Shown piece by piece: positions 10,468 to 19,779 of a DNA stretch of 64,000 nucleotides. Origin of the DNA: Alphaproteobacteria bacterium. GTDB lineage: Bacteria; Pseudomonadota; Alphaproteobacteria; SP197. The notes beneath the pieces were generated by a model. The model was not told the origin of the DNA. It was given only the letters and a program-made list of their open reading frames with translations, and made no database searches. Position 1 is the first letter of the stretch; every line of letters begins with the position of its first letter. The position numbers were made by a program, and so were the translations under genes. Location of the stretch: NCBI GenBank assembly GCA_964291265.2, contig OZ219747.1, positions 384,001 through 448,000 on the forward strand, read 5' to 3'.

Positions 10468-12024
10468 TCAAGCCCCGGCGACGGCCGAGGAGGGCGACGT
10501 CACGAAAGCTGCACCCTGCCTCATGCCGTCCAGGTCCTGCACGACATTGGGGCAGGCATAGGACGAAATCACCGAGGGCGGCAGTTCCACCGTCGGCCAG
10601 CGCCGGGCCAGCGCCATGCGGGCCTCCTGATCGAAGCGCGTATCCACGGTCACGAGGTCGCCGCCGCTGACATCGATCCGCGGCGCATGACACGCCTCCT
10701 CCAGTGTCATGCCGAAATCCACCAGCAGCGACACCAACTGGAAGATCGCCGGCAGGATGCGGCGGCCACCGGATGCTCCGAGCGCCACGTTGCCGGCCGA
10801 TGATCCCGTCACGATGGTGGGGCACATGTTCGAGAGCGGCTGTCGTCCGGGCGCCAGGGAGTTCGGACGGGCGGGCCTCGGATCAAACCACATCACGCCG
10901 TTGTTCATGAGGAGGCCCGTGCGGGGCAGCATGACGCGGCTGCCGAAGACGGAGAGCAGGGTCTGGGTGAGGGCGACCATGTTGCCCTTGCCATCGACCA
11001 CCGAAAGATGCGTCGTCGAACCCTTGCCCGTGTCCCAGCCCATGGTGGCAAGGCGGTGACGATAGGCGCCAAGGAGCGCGTCGGCCCAGGCCCCGCAAGA
11101 CAAGGCGCCGGGAGTGAATTCCCAGCGACTCCACGAGGCGGCGAGACGGGAGAGCGCGTCGATGAGCGTCGTTCCGGCATTGAGCCCCGGCGGCACGTTG
11201 ATCCCCGCGCCTCGATAGGCGGCAGCGAGCGCCGGCGCCACCGTCGCCTCGCAACGCCTGAGGTCCTCGAGGCCGACCCGTGATCCCGCTTCCTCGAGAT
11301 CGGCGACGAGGAGACGGGCAAGGTCGCCCTGATGGAAATCCTCCACCCCGGCAACGCTGAGCCGTTCCAGCGTGGCGACAAGGGCCTCATTCTGGAGAAT
11401 CGCGAGATCGCCTTGATCGACGCTCGCCGCCGGCACGCCTCCGGGCAGGAAGTGGTCGCGGCTCGTCTTGCAGGCCGCGAGGCCTCCCGCCTCGAGGGCG
11501 ATTCTCAAGGTGGTGTGCCAGTCGACCTTGAGACCTCTCTTCGCGAGACCGATGGCGGGGGAGAGGATCTCGGAAAGCGGCATGGTGCCGAAGCGTTCCA
11601 GCGCAGCGGCCATGCCGGCCGCCTGGGTCGGCACGGCGATGGAAAGCGGTCCCTGGACGTTGCGGTCGTCCAGCACCCGGGGCCAGCCGAAGAGATCGTC
11701 GTCCGCGCCACCCTCCTCTTCGAGGGGATAGTCAGCGGGATCGAGGGCAAGGGAAGCCCGGGTATGAAAATCGACCGCGTGACAGTCGCCATTCTCGGCG
11801 TCGAGCACCATCATGTAACCGCAGCCACCGAGCCCGCTCATCCACGGCTCGACCACGCCCAGCGCGAAGCTCGTCGCCACCGCGGCATCGACCGCATTGC
11901 CTCCGGCTCTGAGGACCTCCGCGCCGACGGCCGATGCCTCGTAGTGCTGGCTGGCGACCACGCCCTCCCGGCTGGAGACGGCCGGTTTGGTGATGCGCCA
12001 GGTTTCCTTGAGTGTCCACGTCAT
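10468..12024 (-). CDS. ggt: Gamma-glutamyltransferase family protein
   Basis: GGNAVDAAVA, EPWMSGLGG, catalytic STTHLSVVD, LMNNG, PLSNMCP, GASGGRRI; no signal peptide. Confidence 0.92.
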   Translation of the reverse strand: MTWTLKETWRITKPAVSSREGVVASQHYEASAVGAEVLRAGGNAVDAAVATSFALGVVEPWMSGLGGCGYMMVLDAENGDCHAVDFHTRASLALDPADYPLEEEGGADDDLFGWPRVLDDRNVQGPLSIAVPTQAAGMAAALERFGTMPLSEILSPAIGLAKRGLKVDWHTTLRIALEAGGLAACKTSRDHFLPGGVPAASVDQGDLAILQNEALVATLERLSVAGVEDFHQGDLARLLVADLEEAGSRVGLEDLRRCEATVAPALAAAYRGAGINVPPGLNAGTTLIDALSRLAASWSRWEFTPGALSCGAWADALLGAYRHRLATMGWDTGKGSTTHLSVVDGKGNMVALTQTLLSVFGSRVMLPRTGLLMNNGVMWFDPRPARPNSLAPGRQPLSNMCPTIVTGSSAGNVALGASGGRRILPAIFQLVSLLVDFGMTLEEACHAPRIDVSGGDLVTVDTRFDQEARMALARRWPTVELPPSVISSYACPNVVQDLDGMRQGAAFVTSPSSAVAGA

Positions 12025-12111
12025 GGTTGCCAAGGCTCCGCTCGGATGAATGGTGGATGCAGAATAGGTCGGGTATCGTCAAGGCGTCATCTTCCGTGAC
12101 GGGAGTCTCCG

Positions 12112-13404
12112 ATGAGTCTTTTCTCCAGCACGTTCAAGGCGGCCCCCTACTGGTGGGAGGACGCACCGCCCACACGTCACGACACACAACAACTTCCGCC
12201 GGATATCGACGTGGCAATCGTCGGCAGCGGCTACACCGGTCTCAGCGCCGCCATCGTCCTGGCGCGGGCCGGGCGCAGCGTCATCCTCCTCGAGGCCGAG
12301 GAGACCGCCTCGGGGTGCAGTTCACGCAACGGCGGCCAGATCAGCCCCGGCGTCAAGCCTGGCGTCGGCGAACTCGAACGGCGTTACGGGCGCAAGGCGG
12401 CTCACGCCATCCTCCACGAGGGCCATGCCAGTCTCGACTTCATGGCCGATTTCGTCAAGGCGGAAGGGATCGACTGCGACTACCGGCACTGCGGCCGCTT
12501 CATCGGTGTCCACCGTCGCGGCCGCTACGACGCCCTGGCCGCCCATATCAAGGAGTCGTCCAGCGTCGTCCCCTTCGAATGGCACATGGTTCCGGCTGCC
12601 GAGACGGCAGACGAGCTCGGCACCGAGGCCTATCACGGCGGCGCCGTCATGCCGGCTCACGCCAGCCTCCATCCGGCCCGCTACGCCGCAGGCCTCGCCA
12701 GCCGCGCAACGCAGGCAGGCGCCGTCATCGCCACCAACACACGGGTGGACGGCATCGCAACGGACGGCAGTCGCGTTGCGGTCCGCACCACTCGCGGCAC
12801 GATCCGGGCCCGGGACGTCATCATCGCCACCAACGGCTACACGGGCGCCGCCACACCCGGACTGAGGCGGCGCGTCATTCCCATCGGCAGCTACGTCATC
12901 GCCACCGAGCCGCTGGATCCCGTCGTCATGCAGCACATCATGCCGAAGAAGCGGGTGATCTCGGATACCCGCAAGGTGGTCTACTACTACCGGCCGTCAC
13001 CCGATCACACGAGGGTGGTGTTCGGCGGCCGCGTGGCCCTGGGCGAAACCGACCCGAAGGTGAGTGCGCCGCGTCTCCACAGTGTCATGACAGGCCTCTT
13101 CCCGGAGCTCGGGCAAACCCGGATCTCGCACAGCTGGATGGGCTTCGTTGCCTACACCTTCGATGAAATCCCGCACATCGGCACCCACGACGGCGTCTGG
13201 TTCGCGACCGGCTACTGCGGGTCCGGCGTGGCCTGGGCGAGCTATCTCGGCCACCGCCTGGGCCACAGGATTCTCGGCAACGCCGAGGGCAGGACGGTCT
13301 TCGACGACATGGCCTTTCCGACCCGTCCTCTCTATACGGGGAGACCCTGGTTCCTCGGTCCTGCCCTGGCCTGGCACAAGACGATGGACCGCTGGGGCCC
13401 CTGA
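12112..13404 (+). CDS. FAD-dependent oxidoreductase, PuuB/OrdL-like (DAO family)
   Basis: VGSGYTGLSAA, GCSSRNGG, LHPARY, IATNGY, GYCGSGV. Confidence 0.88.
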   Translation: MSLFSSTFKAAPYWWEDAPPTRHDTQQLPPDIDVAIVGSGYTGLSAAIVLARAGRSVILLEAEETASGCSSRNGGQISPGVKPGVGELERRYGRKAAHAILHEGHASLDFMADFVKAEGIDCDYRHCGRFIGVHRRGRYDALAAHIKESSSVVPFEWHMVPAAETADELGTEAYHGGAVMPAHASLHPARYAAGLASRATQAGAVIATNTRVDGIATDGSRVAVRTTRGTIRARDVIIATNGYTGAATPGLRRRVIPIGSYVIATEPLDPVVMQHIMPKKRVISDTRKVVYYYRPSPDHTRVVFGGRVALGETDPKVSAPRLHSVMTGLFPELGQTRISHSWMGFVAYTFDEIPHIGTHDGVWFATGYCGSGVAWASYLGHRLGHRILGNAEGRTVFDDMAFPTRPLYTGRPWFLGPALAWHKTMDRWGP

Positions 13405-13446
13405 CGCAGTGGAAAGCCGCCCGCCGACCGGATAGGGTCCGCTCCC

Positions 13447-16400
13447 ATGTACTTCGACCCTCGTCTGTGGACGTTCACCGAAGGGGTGCGCGGCCGCATG
13501 GTGTTCTCCGTCATCGTCGGCCTCGTCGCGGCCTGCGTCGGCGTGGCCCGGCTTGCCCTCCTTGGCTGGCTCATCGCCCTGGTGTTCGCGGGCCGTCCCT
13601 TCGCCGACCTCGTCGCGCCGTTGGCCATCGTCGGCGGCGTGATGGTGGCCCGCGGCCTGCTCGAATACGTGCGCGTCATGGTTGCTCACGAGACGGCGGC
13701 CCGGGTCCAGATCGCCATCCGCAAGAGGATCTACGACAAGGCCGTGATCCTGGGCCCCGCCTGGTTCGGCCAGCAGCGCACCGGGGACGTGGTGCTCTCG
13801 GTGGTCGACGGCGTGGAACAGCTCGAGACCTATTTCGGCGAGTTCCTTCCCACCTTGCTCATCGCCATCGTCACGCCGATCGCCATCTTCACCTTCGTCG
13901 CCTTTCTCGACCTGCCCGTGGCCGCCGTCCTCGTTGCCGGCGCCGTCCTCGCCCTCGTCCTGCCGATGGCCTTCCACCGCCTCGACTACCAGGCGAGCAT
14001 CAACCGCTCCCGGGCCTACGGCGAATTCGGCGCCGAGTTCCTTGATGCCGTGCAGGGCCTCGCCACGCTCAAGGCCTTCGGCCAGAGCACGACACGGGCC
14101 ATCGCCCTGGCGGCAAAGGCGAAGGCCCTCGCCTTCGGCACCTTGTGGGTGACGGCCGTCAATTCCCTCGGCCGCGGCATCACCGATGCCTCGATCGCCA
14201 TCGCCGCGGCAGCAGCGCTCGGCTACGGCGCCTGGCGCGTCGAGGCCGGGCTCATGGAGCTTTCCACCCTCCTCATCGTGCTGATGATGGGCGTCGAGCT
14301 CTTCCGCCCCTTGCGCGACATGCGCACCCAGCTCCACACCGGCATGCTCGGCCAGTCGGCGACCGAGGCCATCTTCCGCATCCTCAACGCCGGCCCTCTC
14401 GTCAGCGAACCCGCCAACCCCGAACCGGCATCGACGCAAGACACCGCCGAAGGTCTCGCCTTCGAGGACGTCACGTTCACCTACCCGGGCGAGGCCGACA
14501 CCACCCACCGCGATCTCTCCTTTTCCCTCAGGAAGGGAGAGAGCGTCGGCGTTGTCGGGCCGTCAGGCGCCGGCAAGTCGTCGATCGAGCGCCTGCTGCT
14601 GCGGTTCTGGGACCCGGAACAGGGCTCCATCACGATCGGCGGCCGCGACATCCGGACCATGACGACAGACGATCTCCGCCGGCAGATCGCGGTCGTCAAC
14701 CAGGACACCTACCTCTTTCACGGCACCGTCGAGGACAACCTGAAGTTCGGCAAGCCCGACGCGACCGCAGACGAGATGGAGGAGGCCTGCCGTCTTGCCA
14801 ATGCCCACGACTTCATCTCCGCCCTGCCGTCCGGCTATCGGACCGTGGTCGGGGAACGGGGTATCAGACTCTCCGGCGGCCAGCGCCAGAGAATCGCCAT
14901 CGCCCGCGCGGTGCTGCGCGATGCGCCCATCCTCGTCCTCGACGAGGCGCTCTCGGCGGTCGATGCCGAAAACGAGGCGATCATCCAGCAGGCGCTCTTC
15001 CGCCTGATGCGGGACCGCACGACACTCATCCTCGCCCATCGCCTGTCGAGCGTCATCCGAGCCGACAGGATCCTCGTCCTCGACCAAGGCAGGATTGTCG
15101 AAGAGGGGCCCCACGATGATCTGATGGAGCATCGCGGCGTCTACTGGACGCTCATGCACGAACAGGCTTCCGCACCGACGGCGAGGCACGGCGGCTTCAT
15201 CGCGGCGGGCGACGGGGCGTCCGCCGACAGGGACCGTGAGCTTGCGGCCCGGGCTGACGCCGAGGCCGAACCGACACACGGAATCCTGCGCGCCGAGGGC
15301 CTGGGCTGGGCAGGAGCGGCGGAAGTGCTTCTCTCCTTCGTCGGCGGCGAGCGCCTGCGGCTTCTCCTCACCTTCATCTTTGGCGTGAGCCGGGTCGTCA
15401 GTTTCATCGGCGTGGGCGTGCTCTCCGCCCTCGTGGTGGCGCGCATCGCCAACGGGGAGCCCTGGACAGGCCTCCTGATCTGGCTTGCCATCACCGCACC
15501 GCTCTCCGGGATCCTGCACTGGCTCGAATCGTGGTTCGCCCACGACATGGCGTTTCGCCTTCTGGCACGCATGCGGATCAGGCTCTTCGACAAGATCGAC
15601 AGCCTGGCGCCAGCCTACCTCCTGCGCAGGCGCACCGGCGATCTCTCGGCCATGGCGACGCAGGACATCGAGACCATCGAATCCTTCTACGCCCACACCG
15701 TGGCCCCGGCCTTCGTGGCGATGCTGACGCCGGCCATCGTGATCGGTGTCCTGGTGTGGTTCGGCTGGCCCATGGCGGTGGCCCTCGTTCCCTTCCTTGC
15801 CATCGTCGCGCTCTCTCCGGTCATGCTGCGCGGCCGCCTCGACCGGCTGGGTTCACAGGCCCGCGAGGCACTGGGCGAGCTCAATGCCTTCACCGCCGAT
15901 TCGATCCAGGGACTGGGCGAGATTCTGGCCTTCCGGCAGGTCCGCGAGCGCCGTCGCCTCTTCGTTGCCATCGCCCGGACGGTCTACCGTGCGCGTCTGC
16001 CCTTCTTCCGCGACCTCACGGTCCAGATGGCCATCCTCGAGGTGGCGACGGGCCTCGGCGGCCTTGCGATCATCGTCACCGGCGCGGCGATGGTGACCTC
16101 GGGCACGCTCGATGCGAGTCTCCTCCCCTTCTTCACCCTGCTCGCCATGGCGTCCTTCCTGCCGGTGAGCGAGATCGCCCACATCGGCCGTCAGCTTTCC
16201 GATACCCTCGGGGCGGCGCGACGCCTCCACGCGGTCGACCGCGAACCCGTGACCGTCGTCGATGGTCCGGGCGTCGACGCCACACGCACCAGCGGCGGTG
16301 CGGCGATCACCCTGGAGCACGTGTCCTACACCTATCCGGGCCGCATCGAGCCCGCCGTCTCGGACATCGACCTCGCGATTCCGGCAGGCTCCACGGTGGC

Positions 16401-17040
16401 ACTCGTCGGCCCCAGCGGCGCCGGCAAGACGACCATGGCCCACCTCCTGATGCGGTTCTGGGACTGTGACGAGGGGCGCATCACCCTCGACGGCAACGAC
16501 ATCAGGGACTACCGGCTCGATGACCTGAGATCCCGTACGGCCCTGGTGGCCCAGGACACCTTCCTCTTCAACGACACCCTGAAGGCCAACATCCTGATCG
16601 CCCGCCCCGACGCCAGCGACGATGACCTCGCGCAAGCCATCGCCCACGCCTCCCTTGAGGATGTCGCGGCGAGCTTGAGAGACGGCATCGACACCCGTCT
16701 CGGAGAGCGCGGCGCCCGGCTTTCCGGCGGCCAGCGCCAGCGTGTCGCCATTGCCCGCGCTTTCCTCAAGGACGCGCCGATCCTCATTCTGGACGAGGCG
16801 ACGAGCCATCTCGATGCCGTCAACGAGATGGCAGTCCGCCGCGCCCTCAGCAGGCTCATGACCGACCGCACGACACTCGTCATCGCCCACCGCCTCTCCA
16901 CCATCCGCAGCGCCGACATCATCGTCGCCATGGAGAACGGGCGCATCGTCGAGCAGGGAAGCCACGACGAGCTCGCTTCCGGTGACGGCCTCTACTCCCG
17001 CCTCGTCCGCCACCAGATGGCCGCCGCCCGCGCCGCCTGA
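13447..17040 (+). CDS. Full-length fused ABC exporter (TMD-NBD-TMD-NBD), CydDC/IrtAB-like
   Basis: Two hydrophobic domains and two NBDs: GPSGAGKS / LSGGQRQR / LDEALSAVD and GPSGAGKT / LSGGQRQR / LDEATSHLD. Confidence 0.92.
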   Translation: MYFDPRLWTFTEGVRGRMVFSVIVGLVAACVGVARLALLGWLIALVFAGRPFADLVAPLAIVGGVMVARGLLEYVRVMVAHETAARVQIAIRKRIYDKAVILGPAWFGQQRTGDVVLSVVDGVEQLETYFGEFLPTLLIAIVTPIAIFTFVAFLDLPVAAVLVAGAVLALVLPMAFHRLDYQASINRSRAYGEFGAEFLDAVQGLATLKAFGQSTTRAIALAAKAKALAFGTLWVTAVNSLGRGITDASIAIAAAAALGYGAWRVEAGLMELSTLLIVLMMGVELFRPLRDMRTQLHTGMLGQSATEAIFRILNAGPLVSEPANPEPASTQDTAEGLAFEDVTFTYPGEADTTHRDLSFSLRKGESVGVVGPSGAGKSSIERLLLRFWDPEQGSITIGGRDIRTMTTDDLRRQIAVVNQDTYLFHGTVEDNLKFGKPDATADEMEEACRLANAHDFISALPSGYRTVVGERGIRLSGGQRQRIAIARAVLRDAPILVLDEALSAVDAENEAIIQQALFRLMRDRTTLILAHRLSSVIRADRILVLDQGRIVEEGPHDDLMEHRGVYWTLMHEQASAPTARHGGFIAAGDGASADRDRELAARADAEAEPTHGILRAEGLGWAGAAEVLLSFVGGERLRLLLTFIFGVSRVVSFIGVGVLSALVVARIANGEPWTGLLIWLAITAPLSGILHWLESWFAHDMAFRLLARMRIRLFDKIDSLAPAYLLRRRTGDLSAMATQDIETIESFYAHTVAPAFVAMLTPAIVIGVLVWFGWPMAVALVPFLAIVALSPVMLRGRLDRLGSQAREALGELNAFTADSIQGLGEILAFRQVRERRRLFVAIARTVYRARLPFFRDLTVQMAILEVATGLGGLAIIVTGAAMVTSGTLDASLLPFFTLLAMASFLPVSEIAHIGRQLSDTLGAARRLHAVDREPVTVVDGPGVDATRTSGGAAITLEHVSYTYPGRIEPAVSDIDLAIPAGSTVALVGPSGAGKTTMAHLLMRFWDCDEGRITLDGNDIRDYRLDDLRSRTALVAQDTFLFNDTLKANILIARPDASDDDLAQAIAHASLEDVAASLRDGIDTRLGERGARLSGGQRQRVAIARAFLKDAPILILDEATSHLDAVNEMAVRRALSRLMTDRTTLVIAHRLSTIRSADIIVAMENGRIVEQGSHDELASGDGLYSRLVRHQMAAARAA

Positions 17041-17584
17041 CGCCAGGGGACGCACCTGCGGCGCCGAACAACCGAGCGAACGCAAACGCTTACCTGCCAC
17101 TGCAGGCGATCTCGCGAGCGGAAGCGGCCATTCCCGCAACGCGCTTTCGAGGGAGACCCCATGGCTGCAGCACATCTGAACAAGGGCCGCAACAGCTCGT
17201 CGTCCTCGCAGGACTGATCCGGGACATCCGTGACGCCCACCGCAGGGGGGTACGGCATCCGCATCCACCCATCGGGATGCTGGCGCCACGTCATCCAACA
17301 CCCGGCATGATGGACAGAGGATCTCGATCAGTCGTCGAGATCGAGTTCCGTCGACGCAAACGCTTAACGCTCATCCGGGTCTCGGCGCGGAAGTCGAGGA
17401 GGTTCCGCGCCTCGCGCCCCCAGGCCGTCCTGGCCTTCAACGCACGCGCCCGGTCCCCCTGGCGGCGCCGGTAAAGCTCCTGACGGCGACGGCCCGTCTT
17501 ACGGCCGTTCGGCGTGCTCTGGTAGCGACGACGCGACGCGCGGCGCCGCTCGATCCGGGACGGCTCCCTGCACTCATCGGAGCA

Positions 17585-17881
17585 ATGCTCACCATCCTGC
17601 GCCTGGCCAGCGGCCGCAGACACATCCTGGCTCCGGACGCCGCCCGCGTCCAGGGACGTTGGGGTCAACTGCCGCCGAACGAGACCTATGATCCCGACGC
17701 CGTTGAGCCGATCGGCGAGCCGAGCTGGGTGCTCGATCTGGACATGTTCACGTCGGAGCCGCGACCCTTTGCGAGTGAAGAGTTGCTGACAACCGCCACC
17801 GGATTCACCACATGTCTTTATTACTTCTTCCACCAGATGGTCACGGACGAGTTCCTGAGATTCTACGGAGGTGATTTATGA
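17585..17881 (+). pseudogene. C-terminal fragment of a TIGR04255-family protein
   Basis: RWGQLPPNETYDP..EPSWVLDLDMF ... FFHQMVTDEFLRFYGGD resembles the TIGR04255 C-terminus (from memory); the N-terminal part is missing. Confidence 0.65.
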
Positions 17882-18552
17882 CAACTGCGCCAGCACTCCG
17901 AGACACGCCGGCCACGCACACGTCCGCGGTCGGCTCCATGCATCGCCCCGGCCTTGATGCCGCTTCCGCGGCCTTGCCCGTTGTCACTGGTCTGTCAGGA
18001 TCGGCGACCGCGAGCACTTACGACGTTCCCCGATTCGTCGAGCGGACGGCCGCCAGCCCCGCTGGTCAGATCGACCACGTGGCCGCGGAGTCCATGGCCG
18101 AGGCAGTCCTGGACATCCGCCGCCGATCCGGCCTTACTTGGGAGGAGCTGAGCGACCTGTTCGATGTCTCGCGCCGGAGCGTCCACCATTGGGCCAGCGG
18201 CAAGGCCGTTTCCGCCGGGCACGACCAGGCGATTCGTCGGATGCTGGACGCCATCCGCCGCCTTGACCAGGGCAACCAGGCCGGCACCCGCGCCCAACTC
18301 TTGGCCGTGGACGCCGCCACGGGCGCTTCCGCCCTCGACCACCTCAAGGAGGGCCACTTCGACGAGGCCAGGGCGCGCGCCGCGGGCATCCGGCCGCCCG
18401 GACCCCTCAGCGTCCCGCTGTCTCGGGAGGCCCGGGACGCGCACCGGCCGCAAGCGCCGACGTTTCTCCTGGAGGCCGAACAAGAGCACCCCGGGGTTCC
18501 GGCCAGGGCGCGAACCGCCCGCGCGAAGCGGGCGCCCAAGAAGAGTGGATGA
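17878..18552 (+). CDS. XRE-like helix-turn-helix protein
   Basis: IRRRSGLTWEELSDLFDVSRRSVHHWASGK HTH; ATGA overlap with the upstream gene. Confidence 0.8.
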   Translation: MTTAPALRDTPATHTSAVGSMHRPGLDAASAALPVVTGLSGSATASTYDVPRFVERTAASPAGQIDHVAAESMAEAVLDIRRRSGLTWEELSDLFDVSRRSVHHWASGKAVSAGHDQAIRRMLDAIRRLDQGNQAGTRAQLLAVDAATGASALDHLKEGHFDEARARAAGIRPPGPLSVPLSREARDAHRPQAPTFLLEAEQEHPGVPARARTARAKRAPKKSG

Positions 18553-18558
18553 TGCTTC

Positions 18559-19293
18559 ATGCCCTTGACGGAAGAGGACGAGCGGGCGATTGACGAGGCC
18601 CTCTAGGTTGGCGCCAGGGAGACGTTTCCCTGGACGCCGGCCTGGAATTCCTTCATCTCGCCGACCTCACCCGTCCGCATAGCCCGGCATCCAACCAAGC
18701 CGCCGAGGCCATGCTCAATGACGGCGAGCCCATTGAGGACGGTCCCACGCCGGTCCTGGACCGTGGAGAAGACCCTTGTCGCCCGATGGACCCGCACGCC
18801 CGGCTGGGAGACCGACGAGGAGTTGCGGGCCATTGCCCTGGCCCTTTCTCGCAAGAGGTCCCGCTTCGCCTTTCCCGACGATTTCGTCGCCGCGGCCGAG
18901 GCCCTCCAAAGGCGCCTTGTCGACAAGCACGACAAGGAGACCGACGAGGGCGCCCATCTTCGGGCGCTGCGCGAAATCAGGGTCCGCGCGGCGCCGTCCG
19001 GAGACGACGCCGAGGTCCAGCTCAGCTGGTGGTTCATCAAGGACGCCGATCCCGCGGACACTGAGGCCGATTGGCCGACGCACATGGACCGGTGGCTTGC
19101 CCTCTTCGACCAGACCGTCCGGTTCCGTCTCGATCCGCCGACCGCCTGCCGCCTGGAGGACATGACGGCCCGTGATTACGTCGAGAGTGACCGCCTCGAC
19201 CTCGATCGCCTTTCTGACCCCGGATTGGCTGGTCGTCGAACTCACGGGTGGCGACGCCAAGATCCTGAATCGCCGGAACCGTCTGCTCGATGA
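18559..19293 (+). pseudogene. Frameshifted conserved hypothetical protein (WRQGD ... RFAFPDDF ... SDRLDLDRLS)
   Basis: Reads across three frames: MPLTEEDERAIDEAL* / WRQGDVSLDAGLEFLHLADL...PVLD / TVEKTLVARW...ESDRLDLDRLS; breaks at about 18605 and 18760. Confidence 0.65.
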
Positions 19294-19590
19294 TGTCCCC
19301 TTCGATCTCGCCCGGCTCGTTGTACTTCCCGTCGAAGCTCAGCCGCACCACCTGATGCGGCGCCGACCGGTCCCATTGGGAGTGGATGTCGAGTCCCCGG
19401 AACAGGGGTTCGTGGCAGGCGAACAGCGATCCCAGGGCTCTTGCCGAAGCGGCGCGGACGCGACAGGAAGTCATGGTCACCCTGCGCGACCAGGTCCACA
19501 GATGAGAGGGGTCTTGTCGACATGGCAGCTGCCGGTCTCCCGGGAGCGCCGGAAATCCTGGATCCCGACCGGAAGACGGCGGCGGCTCAT
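19280..19590 (-). pseudogene. 5' remnant of an AAA-ATPase-like / PD-(D/E)xK nuclease gene (PF09820 type)
   Basis: MSRRRLPVGIQDFRR..HVDKTP / FLSRPRRFGKS / LFACHEPLFRGLDIHSQWD..VVRLSF, spread over shifted frames. Confidence 0.8.
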
Positions 19591-19779
19591 CGGTCTCTCC
19601 CTTCGCAGCGCCGGAACCCGCAGTTGATACGGGGGCGCTCAAGCCTCCCCTGTCATGGCTCCGAAGGTTGCAACAACGGCGGCGTCGAATGCACGGCCAC
19701 GCTATCCGCCTGCCTGTCGGGGCGCCTCGACGCGATGACGGGCGGCGAGGGCGCAGGGCAGCGTGACGTTCTCGCGGTA

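Noticed and set aside
17080-17366. 13-bp direct repeat ACGCAAACGCTTA at 17080 and 17354
   Set aside because: Only two copies and nothing recognisable between them; may be a scar or chance.
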